DNA of 48,415 bases from an uncultured Nitrososphaerota archaeon (GCA_964594835.1 CAZQNA010000011.1:1-48415); one strand, 5' to 3'. Positions 18,416 through 28,403 are shown, counted from the first letter of the stretch. Notes: generated from the letters alone by a model not told the origin. A program made the numbers and translations.

Positions 18416-19645
18416 CTAGGACGAGAACTCGTACCTGAGCAGGGCCGCTATCCCGCCCAGCGCGGCCAGCTGCTCGCCCCACTCTGACTTGGGGCTCACT
18501 ATCGAGACCTCCGCCCCGCTCTGCTTGGCCAGCTCACCCACGTACTCGATTATGTGGGTCCTCTCCTCCGCGAAGGTGGTCGCCCCGCACCTCGGGCAGG
18601 TCCACCCCCTCTGCTGCTCCCGGGATGCCCTCCTGATCTCGGACTCCTGGTACCCGCAGTTCTGGCAGGTCCTCACCACCAGCTCGTAGTCCACGTCCTC
18701 CAGCACCAGGACCTCCTCGGCCGCGCCGGCCTGGAGCGCCCTGACCACCTCCTGCACGCCGTACGCCACGGCCCCGGGCCTGGTGGCCAGCATCGTGAGC
18801 AGCCTCTCGACCTTCCTCCTCTCCTCGTACAGGGAGGCCTCCCTCATGTAGTCCTGGGCCTTGATTATGAGCTCCCTCAGGCCCTGCTCCTCCGTGTAGG
18901 AGAGGGGAAGGTTGGCCAGGATCCTCTGCTGGAGCCTGTAGTCCATGAAGTTGCCCTCCTCGAACTTCTCCCTGGCGTCCCCGGGCCCGCCTATGATTAT
19001 GCCCTCCAGCTCGTCTAGGTAGGGGAGGAGGGCCCTGCTCGCCCTGGCCCCGAGCCTCTTGAAGAAGTCGTGCACCCTCTCCTCCCTTATCCTCTCGAAC
19101 CTCCTCTGCGACTGGCCTCCGGCGCTGTGCTTGGGCGGTATGTCGGCGGTGACCCACTCCAGGATCTGGTAGGTGCTCCCCCTGAGCAGGGCCACCAGCC
19201 CCCCGCCCCTGTCCATCACTATGAGGCCGTAGGCCTTCTTCTCCCTGGCCATGTCCTCCAGGGGCTCCAGGTAGAACTCGTGGTCACAGACGTACATGAA
19301 GGACGGGACGGGCTCCGGCGGCTCTATGACGTAGATCTCGATCTTCTCGGTCCCCCTGTCCGAGCCCTGAGGTATCGCGCCGCAGAATATGACGAGCCCG
19401 TTGGGGGGCACCTTCCTGTACAGCTTCAGCCTCTGCATTATGCTCTCCAGGGCGCTCTGCACGTTCTTCCTGGTCAGCTTGTCCTTTATGTTGCCCGCCT
19501 GGTCGTACTCCTTCCTCAGGTAGCGCATCACGTCGGCGACCGGCCTCCCAGGGGGTATGTAGAGGGAGATCAGCTCCGTCCCCCTGCCGTGCTTCTGCCG
19601 CAGCTCCCTCAGCAGCTTCCTGAACTCGTACATCTCGTAGGTCAT
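18416..19645 (-). CDS. prf1: Peptide chain release factor aRF1
   Basis: GTELISLYIP, NIKD, YVCDHEF, AGGQSQRRF, Zn-ribbon insert, LGGIAALLRY. Confidence 0.97.
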   Translation of the reverse strand: MTYEMYEFRKLLRELRQKHGRGTELISLYIPPGRPVADVMRYLRKEYDQAGNIKDKLTRKNVQSALESIMQRLKLYRKVPPNGLVIFCGAIPQGSDRGTEKIEIYVIEPPEPVPSFMYVCDHEFYLEPLEDMAREKKAYGLIVMDRGGGLVALLRGSTYQILEWVTADIPPKHSAGGQSQRRFERIREERVHDFFKRLGARASRALLPYLDELEGIIIGGPGDAREKFEEGNFMDYRLQQRILANLPLSYTEEQGLRELIIKAQDYMREASLYEERRKVERLLTMLATRPGAVAYGVQEVVRALQAGAAEEVLVLEDVDYELVVRTCQNCGYQESEIRRASREQQRGWTCPRCGATTFAEERTHIIEYVGELAKQSGAEVSIVSPKSEWGEQLAALGGIAALLRYEFSS

Positions 19646-19717
19646 GGCCAATTTTCCCCACACCTCGCTCAGGTCGGCCGAGTCGCGTTTTAAAGAGTCT
19701 CGGGTGGTAGGGGCTGG

Positions 19718-20980
19718 ATGCTCCTGCTCTTCGAGGACGAGGGCGCCGCCCTGCTGAGGCCCCCCGCCGACCTGACTCCGGTCCACGAGCTGGTGATCGG
19801 GAGGGAGACCATCCTCCAGAGGGTCAGGAGGCTCTTGAGGTACGAGGGGGAGGTCGCGAGCCTCGTCAGGCCGCACCTCGTGCCCAAGGCGAGGGACTCA
19901 GAGGCCCCTCCCCTGGGCGGGGCCGAGGAGGAGGTCCTAGCGGTCAACTCCAGGTGGGTGATAGGCGAGGACGAGGCGAGGCTCGCGCTTTCGCTGGACG
20001 CGGGGGAGGCCCTGGCCGCCCCGAACGGCGCGGTGCTCTGCGCCAGGCTGAGGCCCCGGGAGGTTGACGAGGTCCTCCCTCCGGGGAGGGGCGGGGTCTC
20101 GGGCGTGAGCCAGGCCCTTCACGCCTCGGCGGAGAGGGTGAGGGTCCTCGAGGGGGCCGAGCTGATCTCCCACCCGTGGGACCTGCTCCACGCCGCCCTG
20201 GAGGCCCTCAGGGAGCCGGTGAGAGCCGAGGGGTCAGCAAGGGTCCCGGATCGCGTGAGGGTCCTGGGAAACCCGGGGATGCTCTCGATGGGAGAGGGGG
20301 TGGAGTTCGAGGGCCCCGCCGTGCTGGACGCGAGGGGGGGCCCGATCCACCTGTCGGAGGGCGTCACCGTGGGGCCCCACGTCACCCTCTCCGGCCCCCT
20401 GCACGTGGGTCCTGGGTCGGTGATCCTGCCGGGGGCCCAGGTCTCCAACTCCTACGTGGGCCCGGTCTGCAAGGTGGGCGGGGAGCTGGCCGACTCCGTC
20501 GTGCTCGGGTACAGCAACAAGGCCCACTACGGATACGTGGGCCACAGCTACGTCGGCAGGTGGGTGAACGTCGGCGCCGGGACGGCGACGTCGGACCTCA
20601 AGAACACCTACGGGGAGATCAGGAAGACCGTGGGGGGCAGGAGGATCGGGACGGGCACGATAAAGCTCGGCTCATTCCTGGGGGACCACGCGAAGACCGC
20701 CATAGGGGCCATGCTCTACACCGGCCTGTTCGCCGGAGCCGCCAGCCACCTGCACGGGTTCGTGCTGGAGGACGTGCCGCCATTCACCATCTACGCCGTC
20801 ACCCTCGGCTGGGGCAAGGTGGAGCTGGAGCTGGAGTCCGCGATCAGGACCTACGAGAGGATGGCCGCCAGGAGGTCCGTCAGGCCGTCGGAGGGTGAGG
20901 AGCAGTCCATGAGGCTGCTGTTCGAGCTCACCCGAGGTGAGAGGGACGGGGCTGGGGTGAAGAGGGGCAGGATCAGGTGA
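19718..20980 (+). CDS. Putative sugar-nucleotidyltransferase (GlmU-like, with left-handed beta-helix)
   Basis: LLFEDE, PWDL, LDARGGPI, NKAHYGYVGHSYVGRWVNVGAGT..SDLKNTY. Confidence 0.85.
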   Translation: MLLLFEDEGAALLRPPADLTPVHELVIGRETILQRVRRLLRYEGEVASLVRPHLVPKARDSEAPPLGGAEEEVLAVNSRWVIGEDEARLALSLDAGEALAAPNGAVLCARLRPREVDEVLPPGRGGVSGVSQALHASAERVRVLEGAELISHPWDLLHAALEALREPVRAEGSARVPDRVRVLGNPGMLSMGEGVEFEGPAVLDARGGPIHLSEGVTVGPHVTLSGPLHVGPGSVILPGAQVSNSYVGPVCKVGGELADSVVLGYSNKAHYGYVGHSYVGRWVNVGAGTATSDLKNTYGEIRKTVGGRRIGTGTIKLGSFLGDHAKTAIGAMLYTGLFAGAASHLHGFVLEDVPPFTIYAVTLGWGKVELELESAIRTYERMAARRSVRPSEGEEQSMRLLFELTRGERDGAGVKRGRIR

Positions 20981-21058
20981 TGGTGCGGCCGCCGGGATTT
21001 GAACCCGGGTCTGGGGCTCGGGGGGCCCCAATCCTAGTCCAGGCTAGACCACGGCCGC
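20981..21058 (-). tRNA. tRNA-Gly(CCC), CCA encoded, atypical C33
   Basis: GCGGCCG acceptor; GGGGC-CCCCCGA-GCCCC; TTCAA T-loop. Confidence 0.9.
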
Positions 21059-21125
21059 ACCGTCCCTGGAGGGGCGGGCAGGTCATAAAAGGTTTGTGGC
21101 GGAGCCGTGAGTAGGCCGGGAGGAG

Positions 21126-21204
21126 TGGCGGGCCCGGCGGGACTTGAACCCGCGACCTCCGGCTCCGCAGGCCGGCGCTCTGATCCATTCTGAGCTACGG
21201 GCCC
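21126..21204 (-). tRNA. tRNA-Arg(GCG), CCA encoded
   Basis: CCGGC-CTGCGGA-GCCGG. Confidence 0.95.
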
Positions 21205-21359
21205 GGGCCTACGAGGCGCCCTGGCTATTTAACTGTAGACCGCCTCCATTTAGGTCATTAAGAATAAGGGGCTATCCACGAGTAAGTTTTTATTAAGTAA
21301 AAATAAGTAGGATTTGATTGTCCTGATGCTTTCAAAATTTTAAAGTCAGGTTAGCACAA

Positions 21360-22241
21360 TCATAGCCTTACCCTAACTATGTGTTTCCTTCCTCCGGTAG
21401 GGGCGGGTGATAGAATATATTCAATCTTTCGGAGAGAAGATAGCTTTCTCACAATAAATATGTGCTCCTTTATCTCGAGATCTAACCCCAATTTCAGGTT
21501 TATCTTATCAGAGATATCCTCGAGCGCAACGAATTTCCCCCCAGATACCTCTTTTAGGACCTCTAAGTAGTGATCCAGCAAGGTTCTAGGGTGAGGAATC
21601 CCTTCCATGACTTCTGGGTTGATCACGAGCCAGTCCCCCTCTACCTTTATTAGATCAAGCCCTAAGGATCTTAGAAACTTCTCCAAGGAGTAGATAGCCC
21701 TCCTAAACCCCCTAATTGAAGAGACAATCATATTGGGTGGAACTCCAGATTCCCTGAGTTCCTTCTCAGTAAGGTTAGTAACATCTCTTAGAGGTACTTT
21801 CTTTAGATTCAATCTAACAAGATCCCAGATAACAAAGGGCCACACTGGAGAATTCTTAAAGAAGGAGATTTTCGGATTTCTCACATCATCGGACACTTTG
21901 GCTAGGGCGCCTCGGGGCCAGGACGGTGTCCTAGACCAGTGAATCGGGGTCATGTATCCCCGCACCTGGATATAAAGAGATGGTTCAACAAGTCCAGCTC
22001 TTCTTAAATCATTTACTACTTCAGACCTATTTGAGTTTTTCCATTTCTCAATTGACCTAACTAATATTAAAAGTTCCTCTCTCTCAAGAAATTCCGACGG
22101 CGGGAGCCTACTAGCGACTTCGCTCACTACACCATTCCAATCTAGCCTGAACCTGAGCGGATTGAAGTATCTATTGAGAGCTGAGGCAGTATTCTCTGCT
22201 TTTCTAGCCATTTCAGAAATCTTTTTAAGCACCTCTTCCAC
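21360..22241 (-). CDS. Hypothetical protein (island)
   Basis: 293-aa ORF in AT-rich DNA, divergent from the ATPase operon. Confidence 0.7.
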   Translation of the reverse strand: MEEVLKKISEMARKAENTASALNRYFNPLRFRLDWNGVVSEVASRLPPSEFLEREELLILVRSIEKWKNSNRSEVVNDLRRAGLVEPSLYIQVRGYMTPIHWSRTPSWPRGALAKVSDDVRNPKISFFKNSPVWPFVIWDLVRLNLKKVPLRDVTNLTEKELRESGVPPNMIVSSIRGFRRAIYSLEKFLRSLGLDLIKVEGDWLVINPEVMEGIPHPRTLLDHYLEVLKEVSGGKFVALEDISDKINLKLGLDLEIKEHIFIVRKLSSLRKIEYILSPAPTGGRKHIVRVRL

Positions 22242-22300
22242 AGGAGGAAGAACTGCCGTAAGAGATTAAAGCATTCCTCGAGATTCTCAGCGGGGGGCAT

Positions 22301-23875
22301 ATGCGCAGAGCGCTAGAATGGGAAAGATACTGTCTTAGTGAGGACCCCTTTTTCCCTCTTGAAGCAGAGAGAAGGGTGGAAAGAGGAAAACCAGTAGTTC
22401 TGGTTGGATATGGCAGAGAGATAGCTGAAAAAATGCTCGGAGAATTAAGAGATAGAATGAATAACGGAGAATTCTATGGGTCATTTCTTTATGGATTGAG
22501 AGGGATCGGAAAAAGTGCTATACTACTGAATTTGATGCAAAAAATTAAAGAGAAAGATCCCAATATCGATGTAAAGTACATAAGAATAGACACTCCTTGC
22601 TATAATCTTTCAGACCTCATATCATTCCTCTCAGATGAACTTGGAGTAAGGAAAGGTTCGGTGAATTCGGTAGAAGCACTAACAGGCATGCTTAGGGAAG
22701 TCAGACCCATAGTTCTTATGCTGGATCAATTTGAAAACTTTGATCCGGAAGAGGAAGAACTAGAGAACTTCAGGAGGGTTCTTAGGGAGGTCACTGGCTT
22801 AGAACGTGTGGGTCTGATAATCTCTGTCACAAGTGAAGCCTACGCCTCTATTATCCCAAGCGAAGAACACAGAAGTTATCTGAGAACCTATGACGCGTAT
22901 GAAGTACGGCCTCTGGCCGCACCTGAAGAGGCTGAAGACTTACTTAGGACTCTGATGGATCCTCTCAGGACGGAAGAGCGGTGCCGAGGGAAGCTTTACC
23001 CATTCAAAAGGGAAGCTGTGAAGGCTCTACTGGTACTTTCTCGAGGGATCCCCGGAATCTTGATGAAATACTGCTCAGAATTACTTCGGGAAGGACTGGT
23101 GTCTGAGGTAGAAGAGATAGGTAGATACGAAGTCTTGGTGCTCACTAGGCTATATGAACCGGAATGGATAGACTACTGCAGAAAGACCATCAGAACAGCA
23201 GCTCGGGGACAGACCGTCCTAGCAAATGGTCTAATGATGCTAGAAGAGGTAGTTAGATTCGCTGGAGGTCTAGAGGAAATAAACGGAATCCTAGTACTTC
23301 CCCTTTATAGAGAGGGAAGAAAAGATGAAGAGAGCATCAGGAGTTTAGCTAAAATAATAAGAAGAAAGAAAGGAGTTGGAGAATCCAAGATAATTGAACT
23401 ATTTACTGGTGTAGGTAAACTTGCAGATTCCGCTATCTTGGTAAATAAAGAGAATATGGAATTTGAACTCATACTAGTTAGGTATGTGAGGCGAAGGGGG
23501 CTTAGGGAAATGGCCGAATCTCTCGAGCGAGTATCAGAACTCCTAGAGAGCGTAGTGTATGGTGGGAGAGAATACTCGCTTCAAAGCGTAAAAATGGTCC
23601 TCCTCCTAAGAGGAGAGCCTCCCCCCTCTCTACTACAGAGAATCAAAGTTGCTGGTGGGATTAACGGAATAACGGTTTTGACGCGAAAATTTGAACAATG
23701 TGCCGATCCGGCTCTATATGGTGCTACCCATGTCCTCTCAAGCTACTGGGAAGATATGAAGAAAGAGAGCATTGGACTAGAGGATCTTCCCTATCTTGAA
23801 TTTCAAAAACTCCTGAGAGCGTCGGAGAGTGTGCTCAGCAGGCTAGGTGCTGTAAGGAGGGTAGAGGAAAGGTGA
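22301..23875 (+). CDS. P-loop ATPase (AAA+/STAND-like) with uncharacterised C-terminal half
   Basis: Walker A GLRGIGKS, Walker B VLMLDQFE, SRGIPG motif. Confidence 0.85.
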   Translation: MRRALEWERYCLSEDPFFPLEAERRVERGKPVVLVGYGREIAEKMLGELRDRMNNGEFYGSFLYGLRGIGKSAILLNLMQKIKEKDPNIDVKYIRIDTPCYNLSDLISFLSDELGVRKGSVNSVEALTGMLREVRPIVLMLDQFENFDPEEEELENFRRVLREVTGLERVGLIISVTSEAYASIIPSEEHRSYLRTYDAYEVRPLAAPEEAEDLLRTLMDPLRTEERCRGKLYPFKREAVKALLVLSRGIPGILMKYCSELLREGLVSEVEEIGRYEVLVLTRLYEPEWIDYCRKTIRTAARGQTVLANGLMMLEEVVRFAGGLEEINGILVLPLYREGRKDEESIRSLAKIIRRKKGVGESKIIELFTGVGKLADSAILVNKENMEFELILVRYVRRRGLREMAESLERVSELLESVVYGGREYSLQSVKMVLLLRGEPPPSLLQRIKVAGGINGITVLTRKFEQCADPALYGATHVLSSYWEDMKKESIGLEDLPYLEFQKLLRASESVLSRLGAVRRVEER

Positions 23876-24879
23876 TGTGGAGATCTATTAGATTCGAAGC
23901 AGATCTGAAAATTTCTTCAATTCTCTGCCGAGAACTATCCAATGAAAGAGCACTTTCGTTATCTATTGCGACTAGAATACTTTCATCGCTGGGATATTAC
24001 GTCCCGCCAGTCACAGACTATCCCATTGTGCTACTCAGCGGGGTCACAGGAGAGAAATATCCATTTCACATAGTTGGGAGAGTATGGCCGCCTCGGACAG
24101 AACAAAGTGGTAATTTGCAAGATCCCTATCATGGAAGATTTGACCTCTTAGCTACCATTGATAAGCTGGGGGCCTTCCCAGGAAGTCCTCTATTCATGGT
24201 GTGTGAAGTAAAGAGAGAGGAAGCCTTAAGAAGTGGAAAAATCCCAGAAAAGATAGAAAATCTCACAGATGCCTTCGGAACCGGTCTACATATCATAGTA
24301 CTCTCGGGGGGATGTCACTCAAAAATCCCCACCTGGGAAATGACTGAGCGAACTCTAAAGGGGTGGACGGGTCCAAGTGGCCCGCTCAGCAAGAGAAATG
24401 TGATTTTGGCAAATTTCGCGCTTGAGGAAAGTGGAATGGGTTCCGGGATATGTCACGTAAAGGTTATTTGGAGGTATAAGAGATACACCAAAGATGAAGC
24501 AAAGATACTTTTTTATGCTATATCCTCAGTCCTTGCCAGAAGGTTCCCCGGAAAAAAGGCAATAGTCCCTGGGCATGAATCTCTATTAAAGCTCGACTAC
24601 TTTAGGAGGGAAATAGGCTTAAGCAGCCATCTTCAGCATGCTTCTGCTCAAGCTATCTTCAATTTTATACTATTTCTGCACCACGGGACCGCTGTGCTAG
24701 AATCGGGCCGTCGAGAACTTTATCTCTCCGATGCAAAAGAAATCGTTCAAGCATGCCGCGATCTTATAGATTCTCTTAAATCAGGAGTGGATATGCCTAT
24801 AACTCTTCCACCAGATATAAGGAGTAGAATGTCCTTAGTTTTATCAAAGATGGAGGAGCTCTCAGGTGGGGTTAGGTGA
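23872..24879 (+). CDS. Hypothetical protein with possible PD-(D/E)XK nuclease fold
   Basis: GRFDLLA...FMVCEVKR; GTGA overlap with the ATPase gene. Confidence 0.55.
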   Translation: MMWRSIRFEADLKISSILCRELSNERALSLSIATRILSSLGYYVPPVTDYPIVLLSGVTGEKYPFHIVGRVWPPRTEQSGNLQDPYHGRFDLLATIDKLGAFPGSPLFMVCEVKREEALRSGKIPEKIENLTDAFGTGLHIIVLSGGCHSKIPTWEMTERTLKGWTGPSGPLSKRNVILANFALEESGMGSGICHVKVIWRYKRYTKDEAKILFYAISSVLARRFPGKKAIVPGHESLLKLDYFRREIGLSSHLQHASAQAIFNFILFLHHGTAVLESGRRELYLSDAKEIVQACRDLIDSLKSGVDMPITLPPDIRSRMSLVLSKMEELSGGVR

Positions 24880-25604
24880 ACTCTCTAGCCCTAAGGGAAA
24901 TAGAGAGGGCAAGGAGAGAAGGGAGGCCAATTTTAGTAGCGTTTAGTGGGGGAAAAGATTCATTAGCTGCTCTTACGCTTGTTTCAGAGGTAGTTCCATC
25001 TGGTGGAGTTGAAGCTTTCATTGTTGAGGTTCCCGGAAACACGCATGTCGAGACCATAAGATACGTTAAGGAGGTCTCAGAGAGATTTGGGGTTGAGTTA
25101 AGGGTTCTACGGGCTGATCAGACCATATGGGAGGCCATTAGAAAATGGGGTTTCCCAAGTCCGAGAAGAAGATGGTGTGCCACATTTTTCAAAATGAAAG
25201 TGGTTAAGAAGTTCTTAAGCGAAAATTACGAAGAAATTCCGTTAGTTATCACAGGAGAAAAGAGGAGCGATTCGAAGAGGAGGAAAAATCTTCCCCCGAT
25301 CGAAAGGAGAAGAGATTGGGGACAGGTTACAGTTCATCCTGTATTAGAGTGGACGGACGAAGAGGTTATAAGATATTTAACCAAGAAAGGCGTAAACATT
25401 TGTCCGCTTTACCACAGAATAGGAGCGTCTGGTGGATGCCTCTATTGTCCCTTTAAAACAAAACGAACCTACTGGCTAGCCGTTGCGCGAGAAATCCCAT
25501 GGATCGTAGAAAAGATATCCTCACTCGAAGAAGAGACTAGAGGAAAAGCTTTCTTAATTAAGGGAAAGCCGGTAAGCATAAGAGAATTAGTAAAAGAGCC
25601 GTGA
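24876..25604 (+). CDS. PAPS-reductase family protein (DndC/SspD/CysH-like)
   Basis: VAFSGGKDS PP-loop, RRWC, GEKRSDSKRR, HPVLEW, GCLYCP. Confidence 0.9.
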   Translation: MNSLALREIERARREGRPILVAFSGGKDSLAALTLVSEVVPSGGVEAFIVEVPGNTHVETIRYVKEVSERFGVELRVLRADQTIWEAIRKWGFPSPRRRWCATFFKMKVVKKFLSENYEEIPLVITGEKRSDSKRRKNLPPIERRRDWGQVTVHPVLEWTDEEVIRYLTKKGVNICPLYHRIGASGGCLYCPFKTKRTYWLAVAREIPWIVEKISSLEEETRGKAFLIKGKPVSIRELVKEP

Positions 25605-25738
25605 ATTCCATTTCTACTTAGATCATCTATTAGTGATCCTCTGCTGAATGCCTGGCTTAAAAATATTACCACAGGAAGAGCTTTAATGCACATATGCTCA
25701 TTCAATATCCAGAAAAGCAAGAAAATATAGGTGAGGAG

Positions 25739-25903
25739 TCATCTCCTGGCGAGCTTCGTCCTCTTCAGCCTGAGGTTCTTGCTCCTGCAGCGCCTGCACT
25801 TGGTGGCGCTCACGGGGTTCCGGGCCCCGCAGCGCCTGCAGATCTTGTAGCTGAGCAGGGCCTTCTGGGCTATCCGTCGCTTCACTGGATCCTCTATGGG
25901 CAA
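25739..25903 (-). CDS. rpl40e: 50S ribosomal protein L40e
   Basis: KICRRCGARNPVSATKCRRCRSKNLRLK; TTG start. Confidence 0.95.
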   Translation of the reverse strand: MPIEDPVKRRIAQKALLSYKICRRCGARNPVSATKCRRCRSKNLRLKRTKLARR

Positions 25904-25966
25904 GTCTAAGACCTCCCCGGCCCGGCCCCCCTTGCGATTCATAAATATTAGCCCAGCCCGATAACG

Positions 25967-26320
25967 GTGGGAATGTCCAGAGTCGACGAGGTCTCCCAGC
26001 AGATAGTGAGGATGCTGGAGAGGGGGGAGACCGTCCACCTCAGGCTTCTCCTCCAGAGGCTCCCGTACGGCCTGAGGGAGATCAAGAGGGCCCTGGCCAG
26101 GCTGGAGGCCGAGGGCAAGGTGGAATCCTTCAGGCACGGGGGCTACACGTTCTACAGGCTGGCCGGGAGGGGTGAGGAGGGGGAGGAGGAGTGGTCCTGG
26201 CCGAGCCCCGCGGGCGCCGGGGCGTCCGACGCTGAGGATTCCTCGGAGACCCAGTCAGGGGCCCCCGGTGCGGAAGGAGGGGAGGGCCCCGGCTCACCTC
26301 CTGAGGAGGCCGGAGAGTAG
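25967..26320 (+). CDS. Small winged-helix protein with acidic tail
   Basis: REIKRALARLEAEGKVESFRHGGYTFYRL. Confidence 0.65.
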   Translation: MGMSRVDEVSQQIVRMLERGETVHLRLLLQRLPYGLREIKRALARLEAEGKVESFRHGGYTFYRLAGRGEEGEEEWSWPSPAGAGASDAEDSSETQSGAPGAEGGEGPGSPPEEAGE

Positions 26321-27175
26321 ATCGGGGATCTCGAACGGAGTCCTGGCCACGGGTATTCCCGCCTCGTTCAGGGCCCTGAGCTTCGAGTCGTAGGTCCCCC
26401 TGCCGCCCGAGATTATCGCGCCCGCGTGGCCCATCCTCCTGCCCGGCGGGGCGGTCCTGCCGGCGACGTAGGCCACCACCGGCTTGGGGTAGTGGGTCGA
26501 CATGACGTACTCGGCCGCGTCCTCCTCGGCCCTCCCGCCGATCTCCCCCACCAGGACGACCGCCTCGGTGTCCTCGTCGTCCCTGAACATCTCGAGCACG
26601 TCCGTGAAGCTCAGCCCTGTGACGGGGTCCCCGCCTATCCCGACCGTGAGGGGGGTGCCCATGCCGCGCCTCTTCAGGGAGAGGGCTATCTCGTAGGTCA
26701 GGGTGCCGCTCCTGGAGACTATCCCAACTCCGCCGGGGGCGAAGACGTCCCCAGGCATGATCCCGAGCTTGACCCCCTCCCTCGGGGCAATTGCCCCGGG
26801 AGTGTTCGGGCCCACTATCGTGGCCCCCCTGAGCCTGGCGTACTCGACGAACCTGGAGGCGTCGTGGACGGGGATGTGCTCCGTTATCACGACCACAAGC
26901 CCTATCCCAGCCTCGAGGGACTCCATGACCGCGTCGTAGGCGAAGGGGGCTGGGACGAACACCACAGAAGCGTCCACGGGTCCGACCTGCTCCACGGCCT
27001 CCTCGACCGAGTCGAAGACGGGGACCCCCTCGACCTCCTGTCCCCCCCGGCCCGGGGTCACCCCCGCCGCTATCTCGGTCCCGTAGGCGAGCATGAGCCT
27101 GGTGTGCGTCCGGCCCTGGCGGCCGGTCGCCCCCTGGACGATGACCCTCATTCCCCTCCTCAGGAGCGGAGGCAT
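26294..27175 (-). CDS. sucD: Succinyl-CoA synthetase alpha subunit
   Basis: VQGATG, ITEHIP, GPNTPG, SRSGTLTYE, GIGGD, GEIGG, MGHAGA. Confidence 0.95.
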   Translation of the reverse strand: MPPLLRRGMRVIVQGATGRQGRTHTRLMLAYGTEIAAGVTPGRGGQEVEGVPVFDSVEEAVEQVGPVDASVVFVPAPFAYDAVMESLEAGIGLVVVITEHIPVHDASRFVEYARLRGATIVGPNTPGAIAPREGVKLGIMPGDVFAPGGVGIVSRSGTLTYEIALSLKRRGMGTPLTVGIGGDPVTGLSFTDVLEMFRDDEDTEAVVLVGEIGGRAEEDAAEYVMSTHYPKPVVAYVAGRTAPPGRRMGHAGAIISGGRGTYDSKLRALNEAGIPVARTPFEIPDLLSGLLRR

Positions 27176-27235
27176 CTCGACCCCGGCCCGTCCAGGCTCA
27201 CAGGCTTTAATTGTTCGTTGCCCTCGGGCGGTGCG

Positions 27236-28366
27236 ATGAGGCTCCTGGAGCACGAGGTCAAGGCCCTGCTGGCGGAGGCGGGCATACCCGTCCCGAGGGG
27301 AAGGGTGGCCAGGACGCCCGAGGAGGCCAGAGAGGTCGCCAGAGAGCTCGGCGTGCCCGTCGCGGTCAAGGCCCAGGTCCCGGTGGGCAGGAGGGGGAAG
27401 GCCGGCGGGATAAGGCTGGTGAACACCCCCGACGAGGCGGAGGAGGCGGCGAGGGCCATCCTCTCCATGGAGGTGTGGGGCCACAGGCCCGAGTCGGTGC
27501 TGGTGGAGGAGGCAGTCCGGGTCGGGGCGGAGCACTACCTGGGGACCATCCTGGACAGGTCGGCCAGGAGGATGGTCCTGATGACCACCCCCTACGGCGG
27601 CATGGACGTGGAGGAGTCCGCGGCGATGCACCCGGAGGCCATGGCCAGGGTCGAGGTGAATCCCCTCGTCGGCCTGGCCCAGTTCCAGGTCAGGAAGCTC
27701 GCGTGGAACATCTCGAGGGATCCGGAGGTGGTGAAGCAGCTCGCAAGGGTTATATCGGCGTTCTGGGATCTGGTGGTGAAGCACGACCTCCTGATGGCGG
27801 AGATCAACCCGCTGGCCGTGACGGAGGACGGGAGGGTTCTGGCGCTGGACGCGAGGGCCGAGGTGGACGACAACTCCCTCTTCAGGCACCCGCAGTTCTC
27901 CAGGAGGGCCCACTCGACCAACCCCAGGGAGAGGATGGCGGAGGAGGCCGGCGTCACCTACGTGGAGCTGGACGGCGAGGTGGGCACGATGGCCAACGGG
28001 GCCGGCCTGGCGATGGCGACCATGGACCTCGTGGCCGAGGCCGGGGGCAGGCCGGCGAACTTCTGCGACGTCGGCGGGGGGGCGTCCGCGAAGGCCGTAG
28101 AGGCGGCCATGAGAGTCATCACGTCCAACCCAAGGGTCAGGGTGGTGCTGGTCAACGCCCTGTGCGGGATCACCAGCGGCGAGGACGTGGCCAGGGGGAT
28201 AGCAGGGGCCGTCTCCAGCCTGGGGCTGAGCCCCGACGCGCTGGTTGTCAGGCTCGAGGGGTTCAAGGCGGAGGAGGGGGCCGAGATACTCAGGGAGGCG
28301 GGCATTGAGGTCTACAAGGACCCGATGGAGGCCGTGAGGGAGGCCGTCAGGAGGATCTCGGGGTAG
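27236..28366 (+). CDS. sucC: Succinyl-CoA synthetase beta subunit
   Basis: MRLLEHE, KAQV..GRRGKAGG, EINPL, NGAGLAMATMD, PANFCDVGGG. Confidence 0.95.
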   Translation: MRLLEHEVKALLAEAGIPVPRGRVARTPEEAREVARELGVPVAVKAQVPVGRRGKAGGIRLVNTPDEAEEAARAILSMEVWGHRPESVLVEEAVRVGAEHYLGTILDRSARRMVLMTTPYGGMDVEESAAMHPEAMARVEVNPLVGLAQFQVRKLAWNISRDPEVVKQLARVISAFWDLVVKHDLLMAEINPLAVTEDGRVLALDARAEVDDNSLFRHPQFSRRAHSTNPRERMAEEAGVTYVELDGEVGTMANGAGLAMATMDLVAEAGGRPANFCDVGGGASAKAVEAAMRVITSNPRVRVVLVNALCGITSGEDVARGIAGAVSSLGLSPDALVVRLEGFKAEEGAEILREAGIEVYKDPMEAVREAVRRISG

Positions 28367-28403
28367 CCCGAGGGTTGCTGGAAGGTATCCTCTGAATGCC
28401 AGA

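Larger units (their letters stand above)
21240..25735. mobile_element. AT-rich horizontally acquired island with 4 genes
   Basis: Abrupt shift to AT-rich sequence and codons between tRNA-Arg and rpl40e; no integrase or att repeat seen. Confidence 0.7.

Noticed and set aside
18007-18487. Short ORFs over the tRNA cluster (also 20672..21188 and 41727..42175)
   Set aside because: They overlap tRNA genes and show no protein-like features
21126-21240. tRNA-Arg as the attachment site of the AT-rich island
   Set aside because: The island lies on the 5' side of the tRNA; no duplicated tRNA end or integrase was found
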